From positions 1-33,552 of the IMG/VR virus record IMGVR_UViG_3300033516_000077: DNA of 33,552 bases. One strand, given 5' to 3'. How positions within the stretch are numbered: position 1 is the first letter of the stretch; each line of letters begins with the position of its first letter. The position numbers and the translations under genes are program-made. Shown in pieces: positions 7,515 through 16,451 of this stretch. This DNA comes from a virus (lineage: Duplodnaviria > Caudoviricetes). Below the pieces are notes generated by a model. It ran no database searches. It was not told the DNA's origin and worked only from the letters and a program-made list of their open reading frames with translations.

Positions 7515-9116
7515 TTAATTTACTCTTCTTTTTACTGAAATATAAAATCCAGTTAATTGTAATGTTGCAGCATCATCTGAATTAAATAAAAGTTGTGCTG
7601 GATTATTTAATGTTCCAGTATTTCCAATATAAAATTGAATTGTTCTACTTACTTGATAAGAACCTACTGATTTAAAATATGATTGACTTAATGGTAAATC
7701 ATATGGAGTACCTCCTATATCAAATCTAATTTTTGTACCAAATACTTGATTAACTGATGTAGTAGTTACTATACCATCTGTTCTTATAAATATTTCATCA
7801 CCTAAAGCTAAGTCACTAAAATTAAATTGATTAGTTGTAGTATTCCATAATTCAGTAATTCCTAAAGGTTTATAAGTTTTTAATGTATAAATACCTGTTC
7901 CATCATTTAATACTTGTAAATCACCACTTGTATAGCTTTGTGTTGTACCTGAATGATTATAATCCATAAACCCATCTCTTTGTAATATTGTTAATGGATT
8001 TGATGCAGTTCCTTGTCCAGATAATGCTAACCCTGTGGTTGTTACACCCGATAAGAATCCGCCTTGTATTGCAACAGCTGTATTAGTAGTTCCACTTAAT
8101 TTTGCAACTGAAAATATAAACCAATTTCCACCAGTATATCTAATAATTATTTTAGCAACTACATTAAATTCTGGAACTAAAAAAGATGTTTCACCATAAT
8201 TAATAGATGCTGCTGTTAATGATTGAATAGTTGATAATGTAATGCTTTGTGTTTGTGGTTGTATAAATTGAAATCTGTATAATTGTGAATCTACATCAGT
8301 TGTTACAGGAGCAGCCATTACAAATATTGCAGCATAGGCATTACTACTCATTGGAGTTTGTACCCAATTAGTACCATTAAACTTATTATAATTAGGATTA
8401 TTTCCAGTTAAAGATATGATTTCAGCACTATTTAAAGTATAATTTAATGTATTAACACCTGATAAAAATGTTGTTGTATAAATTCCATTAGTTAATGCAG
8501 GTAATATAGTAGATAAATCTTCATCTTTTAAAGTAGTTTCTGATATGATTGGTCTTCTATTAGTTGCAGTTGTTGAATTTAAAACATAACTTGTAAAATC
8601 AGCACCCCCAGTTCTATAACATCCTATTGTTTGATGTAATTCTAAATGTGTTTGCCAATCCATTAATCCGTGAGTTTCTCTACAAGCAAATAAAGATTTA
8701 GATATAAAAGCAATTTGTAACATATCTAATTTCCAAACTGAATTACTCCAGATGAAATTAGTACCGTTATAATAAAGATAATAATTATCTACTGCAATAT
8801 TATGTGCAACAGATGTCCAACCAGATACTAAAGTAGATATTTTAGTACCTCTCCAATAAGCATCTATGGTTCCTGTTAATGTAATAGTTCTGTCTATTTT
8901 ATTATAAGTAACTATAACATTTTCTGGATTATTAAATCCTGTTGGGTCTAGTGTAATTTCAAAATTAGAATTAATATGTGAATACCAATTTGGACTTTTA
9001 AATATTTCTAATCTATTAGTATCAGTATTATTAATTATAAAACCATTATCAACTACCAACAGATTTCTATTAGCAGTTGTATAACTTGGATATGGAATAC
9101 TTTGTATATTACTCAT
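7515..9116 (-). CDS. Virion fibre / receptor-binding protein
   Basis: N-terminal TTANRN..G.I.NTDTNRLEIF connector module, T/S/G/N-rich beta composition and a C-terminal beta-sandwich-like domain. Confidence 0.55.
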   Translation of the reverse strand: MSNIQSIPYPSYTTANRNLLVVDNGFIINNTDTNRLEIFKSPNWYSHINSNFEITLDPTGFNNPENVIVTYNKIDRTITLTGTIDAYWRGTKISTLVSGWTSVAHNIAVDNYYLYYNGTNFIWSNSVWKLDMLQIAFISKSLFACRETHGLMDWQTHLELHQTIGCYRTGGADFTSYVLNSTTATNRRPIISETTLKDEDLSTILPALTNGIYTTTFLSGVNTLNYTLNSAEIISLTGNNPNYNKFNGTNWVQTPMSSNAYAAIFVMAAPVTTDVDSQLYRFQFIQPQTQSITLSTIQSLTAASINYGETSFLVPEFNVVAKIIIRYTGGNWFIFSVAKLSGTTNTAVAIQGGFLSGVTTTGLALSGQGTASNPLTILQRDGFMDYNHSGTTQSYTSGDLQVLNDGTGIYTLKTYKPLGITELWNTTTNQFNFSDLALGDEIFIRTDGIVTTTSVNQVFGTKIRFDIGGTPYDLPLSQSYFKSVGSYQVSRTIQFYIGNTGTLNNPAQLLFNSDDAATLQLTGFYISVKRRVN

Positions 9117-9137
9117 TTGTTTTTATTTTTATTAATT

Positions 9138-10823
9138 TTAAGCTGTTGGACTTACAAATTGATAAGCATTTGTATTATCCATATATTTTAATAATACTGT
9201 ACCATCTTGTCTTTTAAATATTTCACAATCATATGCACCATAAACGTGAGTTGCTAATGTGAAATCTAATGTGTTAATATTATTAGATATTGCATTATTA
9301 TAAAAACCATCTTCTATTGTATTCCAATAAAATCTATCTCCTATTGTATTAGTATTAAAATCAGTTCCTATCGTATTTGCTTGAAAACCATTTTCTATTG
9401 CATTAGAATAAAACTCCCTTCCTATTTTATTACCATAAAAATCAATTCCTATTGTATTACTATTAAAATTATTGCTTACTATATTATTTTGAAATTCATT
9501 TTTTATTATATTCTTTTTAAAATTATTTCCTATTGTATTATTAGTAAAATAAGTTCCTATTATATTACCCTGAAAATTCCTTCCTATTATATTACCCTGA
9601 GAATTACTTCTTATTGTATTATTATAAAAATAATTTCCTACAATAGTAGAATTAAAGCAGCTATCATCAAAATAATTAGAATGACTAATATACTCTACAT
9701 CTGCATCTGGTGTAAGATTAAATACTATATTATTATAATTAACAATAATTGCTATACTATAGAAAATAGAATCATAATCAATATTTCCTAAACTATATTG
9801 TTTATATCCTATTCCTGCTGTATTAAATGTATTATCTGTTATAATACCTGAACTGTTTGTTAATTCATTTGTTATTGTAAATGTATAATAATCATTATAA
9901 TCTGTAATAGGTGTTATATTATTGATAATTAAATTAGTTGTTGTAATTCCACCGATATTAAATAAAGTGTTATCACTTGTCCAACTTTGAAATGGATTGG
10001 TTACAATATCAAGCCATAATTGCCAATTAACTGTATCTAAACTTGGGTCAGTTGTTCCACTTATATTTATTTTACAAACATATATATTACCATTTGAACT
10101 TTTTACTACATCACATACTAAATATGATGTACCACTTACCCAAGCAATTGCATCTACTTTCCATCTACGAAATTTAACATTTCGCCAATCATAATGAGTT
10201 GCTAATTCTCTAACAGTATCTTGTCTATAAGCAATCTTACCAGTTCGTGTTGTACCTCCTTCATATCTTTGTAAAACTGGTGACCAAATACCATCTTCAC
10301 AAGAATTATCATCAAAATTATAATGGATTATATCATTAGGAAACAATTCAGATTGAACAACTGTATCAAATGTATTAAGTGATGTAGCAGTTAATATTAG
10401 TGGTTCAACAGTTCCTAACCAAATAGCTGTTGTATTTGGAATTAAATGTTTAGTTTGGTGGTCAGTAATTCTATATTTTTGACCAATAACTAAAAGATTA
10501 GTAGATTTTAAAGCTGCAAGATCTGAATATAATATATTAACATATAAATTAATATCTCCTGGTATTAATGTAACTATTTCATCTAAAGCAGTTTGAACAT
10601 TTTCAGCAGTTAAACCAGATTCAGTTGGATCATATACAACATTAATAGCCAAAGCAGAATCACCAGTTAATTGATCTTCTAACCAAACAGCATTTCTACT
10701 AGAATCATCCATAAGGATATAGTATTTATCAGATTCAGTATTTAACCATTGGTCACCAACTTTAAATCCTATTAAAGAATCATCATTTACTGTTGGATTT
10801 GTATTTCTTATTTGTACACTCAT
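9138..10823 (-). CDS. Fibre/spike protein A with CBM5/12-like module and beta-helix repeats
   Basis: PTVNDD..G..VG..W.NT and GLTAENVQTALDEI modules, GQKYRITD, AWVSGTSY...VVK..GNIYVC...P....W, and 11-aa NTIGxxFxxN-type repeats. Confidence 0.65.
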   Translation of the reverse strand: MSVQIRNTNPTVNDDSLIGFKVGDQWLNTESDKYYILMDDSSRNAVWLEDQLTGDSALAINVVYDPTESGLTAENVQTALDEIVTLIPGDINLYVNILYSDLAALKSTNLLVIGQKYRITDHQTKHLIPNTTAIWLGTVEPLILTATSLNTFDTVVQSELFPNDIIHYNFDDNSCEDGIWSPVLQRYEGGTTRTGKIAYRQDTVRELATHYDWRNVKFRRWKVDAIAWVSGTSYLVCDVVKSSNGNIYVCKINISGTTDPSLDTVNWQLWLDIVTNPFQSWTSDNTLFNIGGITTTNLIINNITPITDYNDYYTFTITNELTNSSGIITDNTFNTAGIGYKQYSLGNIDYDSIFYSIAIIVNYNNIVFNLTPDADVEYISHSNYFDDSCFNSTIVGNYFYNNTIRSNSQGNIIGRNFQGNIIGTYFTNNTIGNNFKKNIIKNEFQNNIVSNNFNSNTIGIDFYGNKIGREFYSNAIENGFQANTIGTDFNTNTIGDRFYWNTIEDGFYNNAISNNINTLDFTLATHVYGAYDCEIFKRQDGTVLLKYMDNTNAYQFVSPTA

Positions 10824-10852
10824 TTTAGTTTATATTTTTATTAATTATATTT

Positions 10853-12148
10853 TTATTCAGTAGGCCATACAACTATTAAAACATCACTAGGATCCATATA
10901 TCTTAATTTATATTCTAAATCACTATTAATAAATATTTCACAATCATATTCTTCATAAACATAATTTGCAGTATTAAAATTAAGACCATTTATTTTACTT
11001 TTAATTGTATTTTGTTGGAACACATCTTTAATTGTATTATATGCAAAATAATGTCCAATTTCATTAAATCTAAAATTAATACCTATATTATTATGATCGA
11101 AATAGTTACCTGTTATATTATTATAAAAGTTAAGATCTATATCATTATATTGGAATGAAGTACCTATTGTATTAGCAAAGAAATTGCCTCCAATAGTATT
11201 ATGTGTAACAAACGAATTTATATTGTTATTATAAAAGTCATTTCCGATAGTATTATAACTAAAATTAGATTTTATATTATTAGTATTACATCCATTACCA
11301 ATTATATTATGTTGAAAATTTAATCCAATATTATTATCAAAGAAAGTATCTCCGATTGTATTATTAAAACATCCATTAATATAATTAGCATAACAATATA
11401 CACCAAATGTAGTATTATAGCCATCTAAAATTGTATTATAAAAACAATGATCACCAAATATAATATTATTATATGTTAATCCAATTGATTCTGATTTAGC
11501 TATATAATTATTATTACAATTAGCTCCAAAAGTTAATTTATCTACTGAACTTCTATCGAATACAACAGTTCTACTATCATAAAAAGTAGTATTGTTATAT
11601 TCGTCAATTCTATATGTAATTTTACCGGGTCTTTCTAATATATTATCTTCACAAAGTATATTAGTTATATCATATTCAATATAATCTTTAGGATATTCAA
11701 CTGAAACTACTTTATTATCAAAACTATAAGTTGAGATTGCAGTTAATATTAAAGATTCAGTTACAGATGCTTGTTTAAATACATTTGTAACAGGTTGAAT
11801 ATATTTAGTTCTATAATCACTAATTAAATATTTTTGTCCTTGGACTAATTCAGAATTTAACATTAAAGTTAATAATGATTGATGTGTTAATACAGTAAAT
11901 GATTTTGTTAAATCTACTTTATTATCTACATATGATTTTGAAACCATTTCATTTGGATTTGTAAACGTTTTAGCATCGTTATAAGATACAATATCATTTA
12001 CAACAGTTAATCCATTAATAAATGAAGTAGAATCAACTAAATCAGTAAATATTGCTCTAACTTTAGCAGGTGTAATATTTTTAGTAGTATTATCTGCTAT
12101 GTTATCATTTATCTTAATTTTTAAATTTGCTTTTGTATATATGCTCAT
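10853..12148 (-). CDS. Fibre/spike protein B, paralogue of 9138..10823
   Basis: Shares GQKY.I.D..TK.I.P.T, E.LILTA.S, GKI.YR.D, the 11-aa repeats and the C-terminal YDCEIF...L.YMD. The N-terminus differs (NTTKNITPAKVR). Confidence 0.65.
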   Translation of the reverse strand: MSIYTKANLKIKINDNIADNTTKNITPAKVRAIFTDLVDSTSFINGLTVVNDIVSYNDAKTFTNPNEMVSKSYVDNKVDLTKSFTVLTHQSLLTLMLNSELVQGQKYLISDYRTKYIQPVTNVFKQASVTESLILTAISTYSFDNKVVSVEYPKDYIEYDITNILCEDNILERPGKITYRIDEYNNTTFYDSRTVVFDRSSVDKLTFGANCNNNYIAKSESIGLTYNNIIFGDHCFYNTILDGYNTTFGVYCYANYINGCFNNTIGDTFFDNNIGLNFQHNIIGNGCNTNNIKSNFSYNTIGNDFYNNNINSFVTHNTIGGNFFANTIGTSFQYNDIDLNFYNNITGNYFDHNNIGINFRFNEIGHYFAYNTIKDVFQQNTIKSKINGLNFNTANYVYEEYDCEIFINSDLEYKLRYMDPSDVLIVVWPTE

Positions 12149-12164
12149 ATTATATTATTTTATA

Positions 12165-12863
12165 TTATTCAAATAAATTAATTATATTTGTTCTTAATTG
12201 GTTTAATGTTGAAATTGCATCTGGTGTTAAAGTTGCTGGAGCTGTATTTGTAAAAGATGTTAAAACTAAAGTATCTATAATATCAGTTAAAATAGTTTTT
12301 AATGTTAATATATCATTACCTATTTTAATTTTACCTTCTGTTGTAGTTATACTAATTCCAGTATTATCTAATAATATTTCAGTACCATTATTAATTCCTA
12401 ATCTTATTTTATCTACATCTCTAATAATAAAAGCATCACCATTATCTCTATCTAATATTGAAAATGTTCCTTCTGATGTAGTTTTAACTGTATATTCTGT
12501 AACGTTTGAAGCAATTATACTCCTTTCGCCTTCATTATTTTTAATATTAAAACCAATTTTTGAAGTATTATCTGCATTAGCTGTTTCAATACGAATAAAA
12601 TCAGAATTACTAATTAATGATACAAATGCATCTTCTTTTGATAAAAATGTAACTATAACATATGCACCAGATTTTGGTTTTGTATAACTACCACTCGAAT
12701 CATCTGCATTTAATTTAACATCATATAATATAGTACCATCTTGTAATCTAATATTACATCTACTTTCAGGATAATCAACTGACATTTCAATAAAATTACC
12801 TATTTTAGAATATATTTCAATTTGCCTTGTTGTTAAATCTTGTAGTAAATCTTTAATATTCAT
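12165..12863 (-). CDS. Baseplate central spike (gpV / Mu gp45-like), short form
   Basis: OB-fold-like N-terminus (ILYDVKL..KPKSGAYVIVTFL..AFVSL), beta-rich middle and helical LKTILTDII C-terminus. It lies downstream of the hub. Confidence 0.7.
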   Translation of the reverse strand: MNIKDLLQDLTTRQIEIYSKIGNFIEMSVDYPESRCNIRLQDGTILYDVKLNADDSSGSYTKPKSGAYVIVTFLSKEDAFVSLISNSDFIRIETANADNTSKIGFNIKNNEGERSIIASNVTEYTVKTTSEGTFSILDRDNGDAFIIRDVDKIRLGINNGTEILLDNTGISITTTEGKIKIGNDILTLKTILTDIIDTLVLTSFTNTAPATLTPDAISTLNQLRTNIINLFE

Positions 12864-12880
12864 ATATAAAATGTGTTATT

Positions 12881-12913
12881 TACCTATTACACACCGATTA
12901 GTATATTAAATGC
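12881..12913 (-). promoter_or_regulatory. Putative late promoter, copy 3 (upstream of the short spike)
   Basis: Minus strand reads GCATTT-N13-GTGTGTAATAGGTA, with identical boxes and spacing in three intergenic regions. Confidence 0.8.
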
Positions 12914-12924
12914 AAAAGTCAATT

Positions 12925-14574
12925 TTATTTTAATATTTGAACTATTTTTGTTTGTATTGCATTATATGCTGGTATATTTGAAATTGGTGAAATAACACCA
13001 TTAGTATCTACAACAGTTAATCCTTTTATAATATTTATTAAATCATTTAAATATTTCTTTAAATTTTCATCTGTTGTTGTTATAGATTTTTCTATAAATA
13101 ATTGATCTAATGCTTTTTTATATATTTTTACAACTTGCTTTTGAAATTCAGTACAAAAATCAAAATAAGCACTATATGGTACTGTATTAACTTGACCTTC
13201 AATGCCAATACTTAATGCTATTCTATCATCTTCTGTTAAATTATATCCATATAAAGCTAAAGTAGTTTCTAATTCAGTAATATATAAATTCTTAATAAAA
13301 TTTTCATTACCCAAATTTAATTCTGTATATTCTAATATTGGTCTTAAATTTAAAAGTGTTGAATCATAATCATTATTTGATGATGGAAATATATTTCCAC
13401 TTATTTCTTTACTTTTTATATAGTTTATAATATCTATACTTGCTAAATTTTCAAATATATCATCATAAAAAGTATTACCATTAAAATATTTTAATTTATT
13501 TTCATTAATCCAATTATAGTCAAAATAAAATTTACCTGATTCTGAACTTTCAGTATCAAGTGCCATTATATAATTTACATTTATAATAGTCTTATTAAAT
13601 TCTTTTAACCCAGATTCTGTATTTATATAATTTTCAACATCTTTTAATGTGTTATAAGTTATTATAATATTTGCCTTTTTCTTTCTATAATCTTTAATCA
13701 ACCAATCATAAGCAAGTCTTTTATTAGTTAATCCTTGATATTCTTCATATTTTAGATTGTTTGAATTTTTAACTATATTATCTATTGTTTTACTAATATC
13801 ATCTATTGTAAATTCTAAAGTTCCAATACTATTATTATTTTTATCTATATCTATTGCTAATAGTCTATATGCAAAATCCATAAAATTTTCATTATAGATT
13901 GAAACAATGTCTGCATAAGATAATAATGAGTTATAATAATATAATCCAATATTTAATAAAACTAATTCTTTATTATATAATCTTTTTAATTCATTATATT
14001 TATCTTCACTTGATTCAACTTTTTTACCAATATAAATTTTTTGTGTATGACTATTAAATTCTATACCCTCTGGTATAATTTTTAAATCATCTATTGGTGT
14101 AGAAATCAATATATTACTAATATTTTCAACTACAAATTCTGTATTAGTTTCTGTTGTATCTTTTAATGTTACTATATCAGTTATCGTTTGTATTTTAAAA
14201 CTATCACAATTATCAATAAATACACCATCAGTTAAATTAAAATTTATATTTTGTGCTTTCATATTAACATTAGACAAAGTTGAATATAAACTTACAAAAG
14301 CATTTTCTTTATCTAAAAATGAAACTATAACTAAACTATTTAAAGATGGTATTTTATATGTACCTGATTTACCAAACACTTCAATTCTAGGACCTAATCT
14401 CACATTAAGTATATAATTATTTTTATTTGGTGTATAAAAATTATAACCATTTGAATCTAAAGGTTCAACATCAATAGTTAATTGATATTCACTTATCGAC
14501 CTAACTATACATAATTTACTATAATTTTCAGTAAATTGTTTAACACTATTATTTAATGCTGTTAATATACTCAT
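12925..14574 (-). CDS. Baseplate spike paralogue with ~320-aa internal insertion
   Basis: The N-terminus (ILNVRL..IPSLNSLVIVSFLDKENAFVSL..KIYIG) and C-terminus (LKKYLNDLINII) match the short spike. Residues ~185-502 have no counterpart. Confidence 0.7.
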   Translation of the reverse strand: MSILTALNNSVKQFTENYSKLCIVRSISEYQLTIDVEPLDSNGYNFYTPNKNNYILNVRLGPRIEVFGKSGTYKIPSLNSLVIVSFLDKENAFVSLYSTLSNVNMKAQNINFNLTDGVFIDNCDSFKIQTITDIVTLKDTTETNTEFVVENISNILISTPIDDLKIIPEGIEFNSHTQKIYIGKKVESSEDKYNELKRLYNKELVLLNIGLYYYNSLLSYADIVSIYNENFMDFAYRLLAIDIDKNNNSIGTLEFTIDDISKTIDNIVKNSNNLKYEEYQGLTNKRLAYDWLIKDYRKKKANIIITYNTLKDVENYINTESGLKEFNKTIINVNYIMALDTESSESGKFYFDYNWINENKLKYFNGNTFYDDIFENLASIDIINYIKSKEISGNIFPSSNNDYDSTLLNLRPILEYTELNLGNENFIKNLYITELETTLALYGYNLTEDDRIALSIGIEGQVNTVPYSAYFDFCTEFQKQVVKIYKKALDQLFIEKSITTTDENLKKYLNDLINIIKGLTVVDTNGVISPISNIPAYNAIQTKIVQILK

Positions 14575-14575
14575 A

Positions 14576-15823
14576 TTAAGATATTTTTACGAAGTCACCT
14601 AATGTTACTGTTCTTTTTATTCCACTACCATTTGCATATTTAGTTTGAATAGTGTCTATATAAAATTCATATACAATTGATGATGACACATTTGAATTTT
14701 TAGTTAATTTAATAATATCACCAGTTCTAAAATATGGTTCACCAAATGTATCAAATGTACCTGATAATGAATTAAAATTAACTTGTTTTAATCTTTCTAC
14801 TGCTCTATTAGTACATTCTATTATACTTAATCCTGGTATATTTAATTCTATTTTATTATCTTTTTCTTTAGCAATGTCATATTTAGGATTGGTTGCATTT
14901 TCACTTGTATTAATTACTACTCCATTTGGATTTTCTGAATCACTAAATACACTAATTACAGTATTATCACCTTGTTTTGATGTAACAACAACATAAGTAT
15001 TATTATAATCATTTGTTACATTATTTAACTTAGGTGTTAATACAATATTTTTTAATTTATTATATGGAAACTGAAATTCAAAATTATTAGATGTATAATT
15101 ATTTGAAACTGGATATTTTAATCCCATATAAAATATAGGTTTATTATTTTCTATACGGAAATAAGCATAAAATGAATAACTTTCTTTTATCATTTGTATA
15201 ATTTCAGATACATTCATTAAATTAATACCTTTTATCTTTTGAAATGTAAAGTCTATTATTTCAATTTGATTATCTGGTAATTTTGTTGTACTAATACCAG
15301 AATCTCTAATTGCATTTACTATAAAACTCTTTAATGTATAATTCTTTTCGCTATAATTAACTCTTTTACTATATTTAAATAAATACATACTATCTTCACA
15401 TTTTAATATGATATTAGTATCATTTTCTTTAATAGATTCAATATATCCAATAAATTTAATAGGTTCATTAGTAAAATTAGTTATATTATATCCATATTTA
15501 ATTTCTACTCTTGAACCAACAAATAATCTATAATTATTAGTATCATAATTATATCCAAATTCTATAACTTTATTTGAATTTAATTCTATTATTGCATCTG
15601 GTTTTGGTAATATAATTTCACATAAATCAGTAAGATTATCTATTTTATTTTCAATACTGAATCCAACAACTTTATTAATAATAGTAGATGGTATTAATTC
15701 ATATTCACCTTTTGTTATAGAGGTAGTTACAACCTTTTTACCATTTACAACTTTTGTAATAGGATCTACTTCTTCATAATATTTATTATAAACACTTATT
15801 TCGCAATTTAAACTAAATACCAT
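14576..15823 (-). CDS. Baseplate hub protein (gpD / Mu gp44-like)
   Basis: LTDLCEIILP, VEIKYGY, FIGYI, LKCEDSMY and GTFDTFGEP..GD motifs, in the expected position. Confidence 0.75.
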   Translation of the reverse strand: MVFSLNCEISVYNKYYEEVDPITKVVNGKKVVTTSITKGEYELIPSTIINKVVGFSIENKIDNLTDLCEIILPKPDAIIELNSNKVIEFGYNYDTNNYRLFVGSRVEIKYGYNITNFTNEPIKFIGYIESIKENDTNIILKCEDSMYLFKYSKRVNYSEKNYTLKSFIVNAIRDSGISTTKLPDNQIEIIDFTFQKIKGINLMNVSEIIQMIKESYSFYAYFRIENNKPIFYMGLKYPVSNNYTSNNFEFQFPYNKLKNIVLTPKLNNVTNDYNNTYVVVTSKQGDNTVISVFSDSENPNGVVINTSENATNPKYDIAKEKDNKIELNIPGLSIIECTNRAVERLKQVNFNSLSGTFDTFGEPYFRTGDIIKLTKNSNVSSSIVYEFYIDTIQTKYANGSGIKRTVTLGDFVKIS

Positions 15824-15830
15824 AACTTTT

Positions 15831-16448
15831 TTAATTTATTTTAGGTTTGAATATACTATTTTGATCATCTATTAATACAGACGTTAAATTTATTTCTATT
15901 GCTGTTATATTTGTATATTCACTTGATTGATTTATTTTATGATCATTTAATACAACTGTTTTAACTTTAAACAAATCATTTAAATAAGGATTATTAATAT
16001 TTAAATAAGTTTTAATAGATGATATTTTATTAAGGTCTTTTATACCATCAAAGTCATATTTCCAAACTGAATCGCCAGCTAATATTCCAACTATATTTAT
16101 TTTATAACTACAATTATCAACAATTTCAAATATTGAACTATCTAATCCTTGTACTTTAGTTTCAATTATTTCTCTATTCCTATCTACTGTTATAATTGGA
16201 TTTTCTATTATAAATCTATTAATATTATTATCTCTTAATACTACATATCTATCACCAATTGGAGTATTAAAATTTAAAAATCCACTTGTTGTAGTATTAT
16301 CAATATAATTCTCAGGATGTAATATATCATCTTGTGCATCTTCTGTAATAAATCTTAATGCTCTTGAACCAGCTTCTCTACTAAAATTAAATAATTTATT
16401 AGCAGTTTCTTCGTTTTTACTTGTAAATCTTTCTACTCCGTTTGGCAT
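15831..16448 (-). CDS. Tail tube initiator (DUF6046 / gpU-like)
   Basis: IIETKVQG..SIFE...YKINIVG, immediately after the tape measure gene. Confidence 0.65.
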   Translation of the reverse strand: MPNGVERFTSKNEETANKLFNFSREAGSRALRFITEDAQDDILHPENYIDNTTTSGFLNFNTPIGDRYVVLRDNNINRFIIENPIITVDRNREIIETKVQGLDSSIFEIVDNCSYKINIVGILAGDSVWKYDFDGIKDLNKISSIKTYLNINNPYLNDLFKVKTVVLNDHKINQSSEYTNITAIEINLTSVLIDDQNSIFKPKIN

Positions 16449-16451
16449 AAT

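Noticed and set aside
9280-11480. Diversity-generating retroelement acting on the Asn-rich fibre repeats
   Set aside because: There is no reverse transcriptase and no near-identical template/variable repeat pair differing only at adenines. The repeats are protein-level solenoid periodicity.
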